Source of the DNA: Syntrophales bacterium
Lineage (GTDB): Bacteria; Desulfobacterota; Syntrophia; Syntrophales; UBA2210
NCBI GenBank assembly: GCA_963666365.2
Contig: CAXXNF010000002.1
Coordinates: 544,001 to 608,000 of the forward strand
Reading direction: 5' to 3'
DNA length: 64,000 nt
Shown: positions 32,913-43,717 of the stretch, piece by piece
Layout: the number at the start of each line of letters is the position of its first letter
Position numbering within the stretch: the stretch's first letter is position 1
Translations under genes and position numbers: made by a program
Notes under the pieces: generated by a model
Seen by the model: the letters and a program-made list of their open reading frames with translations, nothing else
The model's database searches: none
Told to the model about the DNA's origin: nothing

Positions 32913-33629
32913 TCATATCTCCAGATATTTCTCCCGTATGTCCGGCCGGGCATCCAGTTCTTCAACGGTTCCGGTAAAGGCAAGTGATGCCTTTCCCATG
33001 ATATAGATGCGATGTGCCAGTGACATGGCCACTTTCAGGTTGTGCTCCACAAGAAGAACGGTAACGCCGGTTTTCCTTATCTCTTCCAGCATATCCCGAA
33101 CCTCTTTCACCAGGAGGGGGGCCAGGCCTTCCGTAGGTTCATCCACCATGAGGAGGCTGGGATTTCCCATGAGAGCCCGTCCGATGGCCAGCATCTGCTG
33201 CTCTCCGCCGGAGAGGTGGGCGCCTTTACTGTTGGAACGCATCTTGAGGGGAGGGAAGTGTGCAAAAATCCTTTCCTCAGTCCAGGCATCCGGGTTTCCC
33301 CGATCTGCCTTTCCCCGCCTGATCCCCATGGATAAATTATCCAGCACTGATAGTGTGGGAAATATCCGCCGTTCTTCCGGTACATATCCGACTCCGATGC
33401 CGGCCATCTTATAGGGCGGAAACCCTGTGACATCTTCACCTTTATACACAACGCTTCCCGACCTTGGTTTGACCAGACCAATTATACTTTTGAGCGTCGT
33501 ACTTTTCCCCATGCCGTTTCGACCGAGAAGCGCCACGCATTCCCCTTCGTCGACATTCAAAGACATATCCTGAAGGACGTGGCTGTCGCCGTAGTATGTA
33601 TTGATATTATTGACTTCGAGAAGCATCAT
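32913..33629 (-). CDS. Liv-type ABC transporter ATP-binding protein (LivF-like)
   Basis: GRNGMGKS, LSGGEQQML, DEPTEGLAP, VEHN. Confidence 0.92.
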   Translation of the reverse strand: MMLLEVNNINTYYGDSHVLQDMSLNVDEGECVALLGRNGMGKSTTLKSIIGLVKPRSGSVVYKGEDVTGFPPYKMAGIGVGYVPEERRIFPTLSVLDNLSMGIRRGKADRGNPDAWTEERIFAHFPPLKMRSNSKGAHLSGGEQQMLAIGRALMGNPSLLMVDEPTEGLAPLLVKEVRDMLEEIRKTGVTVLLVEHNLKVAMSLAHRIYIMGKASLAFTGTVEELDARPDIREKYLEI

Positions 33630-34374
33630 TCTCCTCCATATCTCCTAAATAGGCATCTTTAACCGCTTGATTTTCCCTGATTTCGCTTGGGGGACCGGAA
33701 GCGAGAACGGCGCCCATATGGAGCACGGTGATTCGATCCGCCAGGGAAAAGACCACATCCATATCATGTTCAATGATCACCGCTGTTTTTCCCTCGGTAA
33801 GCCGTCGAATCAGTTCAACCGCATAATGGGTTTCATCCTTGGACATGCCTGCCGTGGGCTCGTCGAGCATCACCAGATCGGGATCCGTGGCGAGGGCCAT
33901 ACTGATCTCCAGGGAACGGTGTTTGCCGTAGGACAGTGTATTTGCGGGAAAGTTCCGCTCGTTATATAAGTTGATCCGTTTGAGAATTTCATCCGTTTCC
34001 CTTGTGACGTCCTCCATTTTGTCAACTTTTTGAAACATATTGAAACGAATGCCCTTTCTCGAGAGAATGCCCATGCGGATATTCTGAAAGGCCGTGAGTC
34101 TGCCAAAGGTACTGGTGATTTGAAATGATCGCCCCATCCCGAGACGCACCATCGCCTGGGAGTCGGCATTGGTGACATTTTTCCCTTTAAAATACACGCT
34201 CCCTCGACTCGGCTCGTAGGTGCCGGTAATGACATTAAAGAGGGTGGTCTTTCCGGCGCCATTGGGGCCTATAATGGCGTGCCGCTCACCTGCGTCAACT
34301 TTAAGATTTACATCAAATAATACTTCCAAACCCTTGAAATCATGATAGAGTCCCTTCGTTTCCAGAATATTCAT
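33607..34374 (-). CDS. Liv-type ABC transporter ATP-binding protein (LivG-like)
   Basis: GPNGAGKT, LSYG, LDEPTAG, IEHDM, AYLG. Confidence 0.92.
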   Translation of the reverse strand: MNILETKGLYHDFKGLEVLFDVNLKVDAGERHAIIGPNGAGKTTLFNVITGTYEPSRGSVYFKGKNVTNADSQAMVRLGMGRSFQITSTFGRLTAFQNIRMGILSRKGIRFNMFQKVDKMEDVTRETDEILKRINLYNERNFPANTLSYGKHRSLEISMALATDPDLVMLDEPTAGMSKDETHYAVELIRRLTEGKTAVIIEHDMDVVFSLADRITVLHMGAVLASGPPSEIRENQAVKDAYLGDMEENDASRSQ

Positions 34375-35366
34375 GATCTTCCCTCCGCCGCCGCTGCAGC
34401 AAGCTGCCTCTCAAGTATTTTTCGCCTGATCAGTCCGATCATACCCATAAATCCATAGGGAAAGTACATGATCACCACTATGAGAATTATGCCGTTTACC
34501 AGCTCGACGCGCTCTGTATAGCGCACGGTTATTTCTTCTATGACTGCAAAGATTGCAGAACCGAAGATGGGTCCCAGAAAGGTGCCCACGCCCCCCACCA
34601 TTGTCATCAGGATGGGGGCAAAAGAGTAGGCTATGTGGAGACAATCGGCGGAGACAAGGTCGTTGAAGAGTGCGTAAATCGATCCGGCTATCCCGGCAAA
34701 ACAGGCGGAAAGAGCATAGGCAACCGCCTTGCTGTGAGTAACCTTGAAGCCCATATAGCCGACACGCATAGTGTTTTCTCTGATACTGACCATGACCTGC
34801 CCGAAGGGTGTTTTTGTAATAAACCATGCGACCCACAAGCTGATGCCAATAACGATCATGGCAAAGTAATAGAATGTCGTGAAATCAGTCATATCGAGAG
34901 AAAACACACCGGGTATGCCGAGAGAGGGGATAGGAAATCCTCCGATCCCATCCTCTCCGCCGGTGATGTTTCTTAATTTGAGGGCCAATACGTACAGGAG
35001 CATACAGAACGCGAGGTGAATCATTGCAAAGGCTGAATGGGAAAGTCTCGCCACTATGGGGATCAAGAGCAGGGCGAGAGCGAGCGAACCCAAAATACCG
35101 ATCAGTAACGATAGAAGCAAGGGGCATCCGTCAATATGAGCCAGGGCGAGAGCGGTGGCATAGGCGCCGGCCCCGAAATACATGGCGTGTCCGAAGCTGA
35201 AGAGACCGACGAACCCCAGCAGCATGTTGTAACTGACGGCAAAAAGGGCAAATATGGCGAAGGTTACCACCACGTTGGTAAAATACATGCCGCAGATCAT
35301 CGGGCAGAAAACCAGGGACGCCACTATCGCTATCCACACAATCCACTTTAGATATTTCTTCATCAT
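34371..35366 (-). CDS. Liv-type ABC transporter permease (LivM-like)
   Basis: GLFSFGHAMYFG, TGGEDG, IREN, GGVGT..GP; multi-TM. Confidence 0.9.
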   Translation of the reverse strand: MMKKYLKWIVWIAIVASLVFCPMICGMYFTNVVVTFAIFALFAVSYNMLLGFVGLFSFGHAMYFGAGAYATALALAHIDGCPLLLSLLIGILGSLALALLLIPIVARLSHSAFAMIHLAFCMLLYVLALKLRNITGGEDGIGGFPIPSLGIPGVFSLDMTDFTTFYYFAMIVIGISLWVAWFITKTPFGQVMVSIRENTMRVGYMGFKVTHSKAVAYALSACFAGIAGSIYALFNDLVSADCLHIAYSFAPILMTMVGGVGTFLGPIFGSAIFAVIEEITVRYTERVELVNGIILIVVIMYFPYGFMGMIGLIRRKILERQLAAAAAEGRS

Positions 35367-36235
35367 TCTCTCTCCCCGAAAAATCCAACCGGCTTAATTA
35401 TGAGGACAACGGCCATGAAGATAAACATCAGCACCGGTGCAAGCTGGGAGATAAACTGTACACCATAGGAAGATAAGAAGCCGGATATGAGAGAAACCAG
35501 CAAGGCGCCCCCCAGGCTTCCGAACCCTCCCACAATCACCACGATAAATGCGTCCATTCCCATCTGATCCGCAAGTCCCGGAAACACTGTCAGAATAGGG
35601 GCTATCGCAACCCCTGCAAGCCCGGCAAGCCATGTGCCGACACCGAATACACCCATGAAGAGAAAAGGGACGTTGATCCCCAGCACGTTGACCATATCCG
35701 CGTCGGATACGGCGGCACGCACCACCATTCCCAATCGGGTCTTGAAGAGGATAAAGGCCAGAAAAACCAGCACTACGAAGGACATGGCAATTATAAAGAG
35801 ACGATAAATGGAATATTCCAGACCTGCGACATTGATAAGACCCTGCAAAAGCGGTGGAACTGTTACGGTCAAATTCTCGGTTCCCCAAAAGACCTTGACA
35901 AGTTCCATGATTACGAACATAACGCCTATCGTAAGCGTCAATTCGGACAGAAGTCCCGCGGCGTGAACTTTTCTTAGAAAATATCTTTCTACGATTATAC
36001 CGACAAGGGCGGTGGCGATGGGTGCAAACAGCAGCGCCAGCCAGAAACTGCCTGTCATAGCTACCACCTGGTAACAAAAATAGGCCGACAGCATAAAGAA
36101 CGCGGTATGGGCAATATTCAATATCCCCATCATACCGAAGATCAGTGTGAGTCCGGACGCCACCAGAAAGAGCATCATTCCGTACGCGAGTCCGTGTATT
36201 CCCTGAGCAACATACATGGCCGTAGTCGGATCCAT
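35363..36235 (-). CDS. Liv-type ABC transporter permease (LivH-like)
   Basis: ASGLTLIFG..NIAH, TRLG..VRA, VGGFGS. Confidence 0.9.
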   Translation of the reverse strand: MDPTTAMYVAQGIHGLAYGMMLFLVASGLTLIFGMMGILNIAHTAFFMLSAYFCYQVVAMTGSFWLALLFAPIATALVGIIVERYFLRKVHAAGLLSELTLTIGVMFVIMELVKVFWGTENLTVTVPPLLQGLINVAGLEYSIYRLFIIAMSFVVLVFLAFILFKTRLGMVVRAAVSDADMVNVLGINVPFLFMGVFGVGTWLAGLAGVAIAPILTVFPGLADQMGMDAFIVVIVGGFGSLGGALLVSLISGFLSSYGVQFISQLAPVLMFIFMAVVLIIKPVGFFGERE

Positions 36236-36448
36236 AATTTCCTCCTATCTTTTCGCCGGTTAATGAACACTATTACACAGTGTTGACCGTGAAACAGGCG
36301 TTCCTGTAAGATTTTGAATGCATGCACGTTTCTGTCCCTCAGCCCCTCGTGGTCCGCCGCCGGTGAAACCGGCGGTGAACCATGGAAGGGGAGGGAGTCA
36401 TATCCGCAGACTCAATGACGCATCAAGGGTGCGGATCATGAATGGCGC

Positions 36449-37843
36449 TTATTTACACAATTCGGGATCCGCCTTGGGAAGTACCTTTTCGGCCGGTATT
36501 TCGTAAGAAGGGCCGGTAACGCAGGTCCCTTTATACCAGTAGTAAGGCGGTATGTTCATGCTTTGCTTCTGTTCCGCGGGCGGCACGTATATTTCCACGT
36601 GAATATCCTGGATCGCCTTGTGGTCGCAGGCTCTCATCTTCATCAGCTTGCCGTTTGGATATATGTAGGTATCACCTTCAAATACTTTGATGATCTTTTC
36701 CGGATCAGTGGTTCCGGTTCTTTCCATCACGCTCAAAAACCAGTAAGTCTGTGCCTTGTAGGAGCCGATATTTCCCGTTCCGTGCTTATACAGCAGGGTA
36801 TCGTAGGGCGGCGCCCATTTGCCGGCCTCCCACAGATCGTTCCAGGCCTTGTAGTATTTAATCTGTTCGGGGGTTTTAAATGCGCCGCCGGCGACTCCAT
36901 ATTGGCTCACGTGGACCAGTCCATGGGTTCCCTCAATTCCTACCGCGTGGAGGAAATTGGGCTCATCGAGAAATATGTTGATAAAGGGGAGCGTAATTCC
37001 GGCCTGCCGCGCCTGTTTGAGCAGATTGGCCGCATCGGGAATCCAGTCGCCCGTATATATGGCCTCGGCGCCGGAGGCCTTGATTTTTTCCAGATAAGGG
37101 GCAAAGTCGGTAAGGAACAGTCTATGAAAGTCCTCGCCCACGAGCTGACCTTGGGGGTAGTATTCTTTCAGGCCCACTTTAAATCCATCGGCCATGGAGT
37201 GCCCGAAGGTGTAATCCTGGCAGAGGATATAGAATTTTTTCTCAGGATTCTTTTTAATATTACCATAGTAGTAGGCTGCGGCACGGCCGATCTGTTCGCA
37301 GGAAATGGATGTCATGAAAGAATAGCGGGTGAAGTTATCGGCGTCCATAAGCTCATCGGACAATGCTGCGGTATTCAGGGCAATGACTTTGTGTTTGTCC
37401 GCCACTTGATTGATCACCTTCATAAGATGGCTTCCATTGGTTCCCCAGAGAACATGCACTTTATCCTGCAGAATCATCCTCTCGCACACCTTTTTGCAGA
37501 CGGGAACTTTTGATTGGTGATCGGCCTTGATCATTTCGACCAGTTTCTTCTTGCCGTCGACCATGATGCCGCCCCGCTTGTTGATATCATGCGCTACCCA
37601 CAGGGCTGAGATCCAGTATATCTGCCCGACTACGGCTGCGGGACCGGAATGAGAGGCCACTATTGCCATTTTTATGGTATCACCGGTGGGAATTACGGGG
37701 TTGTTTGGATCAAAGTCGGACATATCCGGCATATTCTTTCCGTCATACTGAGCATTGGCTGCCATGGCGTGAGGCACCCATATAAAACAGAGAACGCACA
37801 GAACCACCATTAGAAACAGCACTTTTCCATTAATTTTCATCAT
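36449..37843 (-). CDS. Liv-type ABC transporter substrate-binding protein
   Basis: Signal peptide, SGPAA..G, INKRGG, QDYTFG, DFAPYLEKI, MRACDH. Confidence 0.88.
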   Translation of the reverse strand: MMKINGKVLFLMVVLCVLCFIWVPHAMAANAQYDGKNMPDMSDFDPNNPVIPTGDTIKMAIVASHSGPAAVVGQIYWISALWVAHDINKRGGIMVDGKKKLVEMIKADHQSKVPVCKKVCERMILQDKVHVLWGTNGSHLMKVINQVADKHKVIALNTAALSDELMDADNFTRYSFMTSISCEQIGRAAAYYYGNIKKNPEKKFYILCQDYTFGHSMADGFKVGLKEYYPQGQLVGEDFHRLFLTDFAPYLEKIKASGAEAIYTGDWIPDAANLLKQARQAGITLPFINIFLDEPNFLHAVGIEGTHGLVHVSQYGVAGGAFKTPEQIKYYKAWNDLWEAGKWAPPYDTLLYKHGTGNIGSYKAQTYWFLSVMERTGTTDPEKIIKVFEGDTYIYPNGKLMKMRACDHKAIQDIHVEIYVPPAEQKQSMNIPPYYWYKGTCVTGPSYEIPAEKVLPKADPELCK

Positions 37844-38328
37844 TCCCTCCTTGAAAATTCAGATTGTGCGCCGGACGATGAAAGAAGCATACACGTGGAA
37901 TGCCTGAAAAGGCATTTACCCATCGAGCTTTTTCATCTGTTTTCTTGCTCCCCCCTATGGTGCAAGATAACGTAGCTCGGCGTAGCATACTGTAAAAAAT
38001 ACGATTGTTCCCGTATCACCCCCTTTTCAGACATTATGTTGCGATATCGGTTTATCTGCGCGGCCACAGGGTCAGCCCGTGTTGCAATCGTTGCTGAGTC
38101 TAATGGCGCCTTTACATTATGAACAGTGTAAACGTGTGATTAAAAGCTTTAACAAGAGTGTCTTGATGTTGAAGTGCCGAAAGTGTGGGTGCGGGAACTC
38201 TTGATCAGTAATGCTCACCAGAAGAGAATCTGTAAAGCAGGCATTCAGCGTGTAAGGAGTATTGTACTGAAAGATATAGAATATTATTTTCGGTGTCAAG
38301 CTCTATGTTGGGTTATGTTGGGTTAGCA

Positions 38329-38727
38329 TTATTGCTTGTGGCATTCGAACTGATCTCCGGATTGATGACACTCCACAATGCTGTTGATCGGCAGATTGCC
38401 GACCGTTCTGCCGCTTGTCCAACTGGTGCTTGTGGAATCCAATTTTATTACCGCCTTGTAAAGCCAGTTACCCTGCATGGTGCCGTTGCAGACATCTAAG
38501 GCCTTTTCATCACCCTGGCTCAGGTAGTCTATGTCCGTTCCCCTGGCAAACAGCATAACATCATCGCCATTGTTGAATACCTGAAATGTGACTTTGACGC
38601 GGTTGCCTCCCGTTTTGAAGAACTTCAGATAGATGCAGCCCGCCTGGGTGATTCCCGGCAGGAAGGCGACAAAGAACATAGAGATGAGGGCACACGCGAC
38701 AAGAACTTTAATGCTTTTTGATATCAT
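38329..38727 (-). CDS. Small secreted hypothetical protein with four Cys in the mature part
   Basis: GGAGG RBS near the start and a signal-peptide-like N-terminus; no family recognised. Confidence 0.5.
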   Translation of the reverse strand: MISKSIKVLVACALISMFFVAFLPGITQAGCIYLKFFKTGGNRVKVTFQVFNNGDDVMLFARGTDIDYLSQGDEKALDVCNGTMQGNWLYKAVIKLDSTSTSWTSGRTVGNLPINSIVECHQSGDQFECHKQ

Positions 38728-39022
38728 CGGGTCACCTCCCTTTGTCGCTGATTGATCACTATGAAATTTTCTCGGTGTTTATAATAAGCTACCACGGAAA
38801 CTTCGGTGCTTGCAATGGTTTTATTTGCCTTGATTCTTATGCTTTCCCTAGTGTGAGTGAGGACATGCAGGGGAGGGGATTTTCACCCTCTCCTTTTTTG
38901 CAAGGAGAGGGTGCTTTTCGATGTTGTGAGGGACCGTCAAAAATGTAAGTATCCACTTTTTTTCGATCCGATCCAAATCCTGACATCACGAGAGCCGGGG
39001 CCAAAAGGGGGTTGCCTGTAGA

Positions 39023-39691
39023 TTAGTGCTCTGCCGCAGCCTTTTTTTCACCGTAGACCTCGAGTTTGCCCCTTTCTTCCATTTCCCTCAACCACTTGGG
39101 ACACTGTTTCTCACACCATGCCCTTGTCACATATCCGTTCATAATCGCGGAAAATGATCCGGGCACACCAACGGTCCCCAGGTAGAGATGAATGAAGAAG
39201 AAGGGAAAAATCACGAAAAATCCCAGTGCATGGAGGAAAAACATGAAACGGACCGTCGCCGCACTGAATCCCAGGGGGAACCACATGATCAATCCGCTTA
39301 TGATCATGATAATCCCAAAGACCGCGACGGCAATGAAAAACGCCTTTTGTCCGGGATTGTACTTTCCCGTTTCGGGAGGATTGTCCACGTGCCAGAGGTA
39401 GCCCCCTGCACACTTGATCCACTCCAGGTCATCAGGAAAATCGAAGATAGCCGCTTCTTTCCACCATACCAGAATCCCGAAAAACAGGGAGGGGATAAAG
39501 ACAATACCGGCAAAATTATGCACCAGCTTTAAATTCTTCAGCCCTCCCACGGGGATCGCCAGAAAGTTGAAGGAATGGAACATCATTCCCAATCCGGAAA
39601 GCATGAGAATAATACAGGAAAGTGCCAGGCACCAGTGGACTATTCTCTCAAACGCATCCGATACTTTAATCATTCCTTTTTTCGGTATCAT
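39023..39691 (-). CDS. fdnI: Formate dehydrogenase gamma subunit (cytochrome b)
   Basis: ERIVHW, GKYNPGQK, H..HLYLG, HW-like terminal motif altered; ATG 39691 after GGAGG. Confidence 0.9.
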   Translation of the reverse strand: MIPKKGMIKVSDAFERIVHWCLALSCIILMLSGLGMMFHSFNFLAIPVGGLKNLKLVHNFAGIVFIPSLFFGILVWWKEAAIFDFPDDLEWIKCAGGYLWHVDNPPETGKYNPGQKAFFIAVAVFGIIMIISGLIMWFPLGFSAATVRFMFFLHALGFFVIFPFFFIHLYLGTVGVPGSFSAIMNGYVTRAWCEKQCPKWLREMEERGKLEVYGEKKAAAEH

Positions 39692-39692
39692 T

Positions 39693-40502
39693 TTATTCAC
39701 CTCCACCCTTATGTGCCTGACCGCTGTCACCGCTCGTATCCTTCGGTCCGTGAATGATATAGTGGAAGAGCGAACCGGCCAGCACGCCGCCGGCAGCAAT
39801 CAAACTGAGCGGTTTCAACCAGTCCTTCCAGGCAATGATCGTCAAAGGAACGGCCGGATGCGCAGGAAGATTTTCATAAACCTCCGGTTTTTCTCCCAAT
39901 ATGTACATCACGTGGGTTCCGCCGACGAATTTATCGCCGTAGACATTCGCGTCGCCTCCTAATTCCTTTACCCGTTCATAGGCCTTTTGTATCATTTCGT
40001 CTTTTTTGCCGATCGAAAGCGCGCCGGTGGGGCATGATTTAACACAGGCGGGAAGTTCGCCCCCTTTCAAACGATCGTAGCAAAGATCACACTTGAGAAT
40101 TTTGTCCGTGTGCGGGTTGTACTTCGGAACGTCAAAGGGACAGGCGGCAATGCACTCTTTGCACCCGATACAAAGCGAGGAATTTAAACCGATCGTTCCA
40201 AGTTCAGTACGGTACAGGGCATTGCTCGGGCAGACCTTCACGCAAGCCGCGTCGGTGCAGTGCATGCACCCTTCTTTTCTGAACAACCACTTTAATGTTC
40301 CCTTGGTGTCGACATACTCCTGAAAACGGATCAGTGTCCAAGTGTTCCAGCCCAATTCCGGGGGGTTCTGATAGCTGCCCCAGTTTTTTGTTCTCAGACC
40401 TGGCATTTCGTTCCACTGTTTACAGGCAACCTGACAACCCCGACAGGCCGTGCACTTTGTCGTATCAATAAGTTTTATGAGTTCATTTTTATTCATCATC
40501 AA
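39693..40502 (-). CDS. fdnH: Formate dehydrogenase iron-sulfur beta subunit
   Basis: CTACRGCQVACKQWN, CMHC...CVKVCP, CIGCKEC..ACPF, KCDLC...PACVKSCP, C-terminal TM. Confidence 0.93.
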   Translation of the reverse strand: MMMNKNELIKLIDTTKCTACRGCQVACKQWNEMPGLRTKNWGSYQNPPELGWNTWTLIRFQEYVDTKGTLKWLFRKEGCMHCTDAACVKVCPSNALYRTELGTIGLNSSLCIGCKECIAACPFDVPKYNPHTDKILKCDLCYDRLKGGELPACVKSCPTGALSIGKKDEMIQKAYERVKELGGDANVYGDKFVGGTHVMYILGEKPEVYENLPAHPAVPLTIIAWKDWLKPLSLIAAGGVLAGSLFHYIIHGPKDTSGDSGQAHKGGGE

Positions 40503-40507
40503 GCCTC

Positions 40508-43500
40508 CTAAATCTTCGACACGTTAACCATGAACGCCTTGTACTCGGGACAGAACGTGTTCGCGTCACCGATAGAAGGTGTCAGGATATTGGCGCTATC
40601 CCCGCCGTCTTCGGGGAACAGCCACCCATAGTTGAAGGGCAGACCGACTTGATGCACCGTTTTGCCTTCGACCTGGAACGGACGAAACCGTTTGGTAACC
40701 ATAGCTACACAGTGAAGGAATCCTCGGGCTGAGGATACCTTTACCCGTTCACCGTTCCTGATTCCCTTTTCTTGCGCAAGTACGTCGCCGATTTCGACAT
40801 AAGCTTCAGGCTGCATCTCCAGGAGCCATGCCTGCCATCGCGTCAGCGCGCCCGAACACCAATGTTCCGTGCAGGAGTAAGTAGTACAGACATAGGGAAA
40901 CTGATCACTTGCACTGGCCGTTTTGTCCATGTCGGTGTCGAAGACATGAAGCGCTGGATTATTTAACTGGCTTGAAAGGGGATTTTTGCTCAGAGGACTT
41001 TCATAGGGTTCATAGTGCTCTGAGAAAGGTCCTTCCGCCATGCCTGGACCGAAAAGTGATCCTACGCCGTCAGGTTTCATGATAAAGGGGTATTTCCCAT
41101 TTTTTTGATCGGCCATAGGTGCCCAGCCGCCGTCGGGCACATCGCCCACCCATCGTTCGCCTGTCCATTCCAGCAGTTTTCTCTTTGGATTGTAAGGTTT
41201 GCCATATATGTCACAGGATGCGCGATTATACAAGATGCGCCTGTTGACGGGCCATGCCCATGCCCATTCGGGGTAAAGGCCGAGACCTGTCGGATCGTCT
41301 TTCCCGCGCTTGATCATCTTATTTTCGCCGTCGGCTGTGAAACTTCCCGCCATAAGCCAGTTTCCGCTGCATGTCGAACCATCGTCCTGCAGCATGCCGA
41401 AAGTGGGAACCTGCTGCCCCTTCCTGAAGACTTTCCCGTCGATGACTGTGTCCCTGAGGAAAAAGCCGTTGATCTGTTTCGCTGCCTTTAACGCTGAGAA
41501 GGAACCGTTCCTGTGAGTATAATCGGACTTGAATTTGAGGATGGGTTCGGGGTTTACGCCGCCTTCCCTGGCATAAAGCGCTTTAACGGCATCGATGATT
41601 TTAATGAACATCTCGCCTACGGGAATTGCATCACCCGGGGCTGCAGCAGCTTGATATTTCCACTGAACCCATCTGCCGCTGTTCGTCTGACTGCCTTCCT
41701 TTTCCATTGTGGCGGACGCAGGAAGGAGGAAACACTCCGTTTTGACTTTTTGGGGATCAACACCGGGTCCCTTCCAGAAAGAACAGGTTTCATTGTCGAA
41801 AATATTGGCGCTTACCAGCCAGTCCAGTTTTTCCAATGCCTTTCTCACTTTGCCTGCATTGGGTGAACTGACGGCAGGGTCCGTGCCTACTGAGAACAGT
41901 CCCTTTACCGAGCCTTTGTACATTGCATCGAAAAGGTGCATGAGGGAATAGGGTATTCCATCGTCAAGTTTCGGCATCCAGGAATAACCGAATTCGTTCT
42001 CCGGCGTTGCCTTGTCGTCGAAGAGCGACTTGAGGAAGCTCACGTAAAACTTGGGATAGTTTCGGTAGTAATTCGGTGATTGCGGATCATTCGTTACCGG
42101 GGTGTACTTCGTGAGATACTTCTCGAGCGTATCGAGGGATGCCACAGGCATTTTCAGATAGCCCGGCAGATTGCCGTACAGGATGCAGTGGTCGGTCGAG
42201 CCCTGAACGTTCGGTTCGCCGCGAAGAGCATTAACCCCGCCGCCGCAGATACCGATATTGCCGAGCAGCAGTTGAATCATGGCCATGGTGCGTATATTCT
42301 GCGTACCCGTGGAATGATGTGTCCAGCCCAGAGCGTAGCAGATCGTGCCTGCCCTGTCGCCGACACCGGTGCTTGTGTAGTCCGTATAGACTTTCATCAG
42401 GTCTTCTTTGGAAACACCGGTGATGCTGGATGCTTTATCCAGTGTATAACGGGAATAATGTTTTTTCAAAAGCTGGAACACGCATCGCGGATGGGTCAAA
42501 GAGGAATCCTTCTTGGGAATGCCGCTGAAGTCCTTTTCGAATGTCCAGGTTTCCTTGTTGTACTTTTTCTTTTCCTTGTCGTATCCGGAAAAGAGACCGT
42601 CGTTGAAGCCGAATCCTTCCGACACGATAAAAGAAGCGTTGGTGTAGTTAAGGACATAATCCCTAAAGTATTTTTCATTGCTCAGAATGTAATTGATCAT
42701 CCCTCCCAGGAAGGCGATATCCGTTCCTGAGCGCAGGGGAACATGATAATCGCAGCGCGCCGATGTTCTGGTAAACCGGGGGTCCACATGGATAAGTCTT
42801 GTTCCGTTTTTTTCCTTTCCCCGGAGCATCCATTTAAAGGCGATGGGGTGATGTTCCGCCGCATTGCTGCCCATGATTAATATGCAATCGCTGTGCTGAA
42901 GATCAATCCAGTGGTTCGTCATGGAACCGCGTCCGAACGACTCTGCCAGAGCCGCTACAGTCGGACTGTGTCAGACCCTGGCCTGGTGATCGACATAGAC
43001 AAGTCCCATGGCACGCGAAATGATGCTCATCAGCCAGCATTCTTCGCTGTCAACGTTGGAACTTCCCAGATGACCGATCGCTTCAGTTCTGTTGACGATC
43101 TGGCCTTTGCTGTTAGTGGTGATGAAATTCTTATCCCGCGTGTCTTTCACAAGGCGGGCAATGCGGGAAAGCGCCCAGTCCCACTCTTTCTCTTCCCACC
43201 GGTCACTCATCGGCGCCCGGTAGAGCACTTTTGTAAGGCGGTATTTATTGGCCTCCGTGAGATCAAAAAATCCTGCTCCCTTTGCGCAGAGCGAACCCTC
43301 ATTGATGGGGTGATCGGGGTCGCCTTCGATATTGAATATCTTTCCGGTCACCTTGTCAACGCTGCAAATAAGACCACACCCCACAGCACAGTAACAGCAG
43401 ACAGTGGTAACCTGCTTGGCTGCTTTTACTCGGTTCATCTTATTGAGTTCGTTTGCATAGGCTCTTGTCGGTTTTAAATTAATTCCCAGGGAGGAAAGGG

Positions 43501-43558
43501 CGACACCCGATCCTACTGCGCCGGAAATCCTCAAAAATCCTCTTCGCGTAACATCCAT
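40508..43558 (-). CDS. fdnG: Formate dehydrogenase alpha subunit, selenocysteine-containing (UGA at 42973-42971)
   Basis: ORFs 42971-43558 and 40508-42922 join in frame as DHQARV-U-HSPTVAALAESFGRGSMTNHW; Tat signal TRRGFL; CCYCAVGC; RGEPNVQG. Confidence 0.95.
42937..42955 (-). promoter_or_regulatory. Candidate bacterial SECIS hairpin of fdnG
   Basis: GCGGCUCU-GGC-AGAGUCGU stem-loop starting 16 nt after the UGA. Confidence 0.7.
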
Positions 43559-43589
43559 AAAATGCCTCCTCTGCCTATGTCATACTTAA

Positions 43590-43609
43590 ATATGTCATTA
43601 GTGACATAT
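43590..43609. promoter_or_regulatory. Palindromic operator upstream of fdnG
   Basis: ATATGTCATTAGTGACATAT, core TGTCA-N4-TGACA; same core at 44689-44702. Confidence 0.6.
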
Positions 43610-43717
43610 GAGAAGTTTTGAGTAATGTCAACATGTTATTAATAACACAAGCATTTCGGACGAGAGGGAGAGTGGTGGTGTTTTCCGGAAATCGTGCCGA
43701 TTTTAATGGTAAATCGG

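Noticed and set aside
36348..36384. GC-rich hairpin between the substrate-binding gene and the first permease
   Set aside because: Ordinary intercistronic stem-loop, common in ABC operons.
37850..39020. Riboswitch in the intergenic DNA around the small secreted ORF
   Set aside because: I could not recognise any known aptamer consensus.
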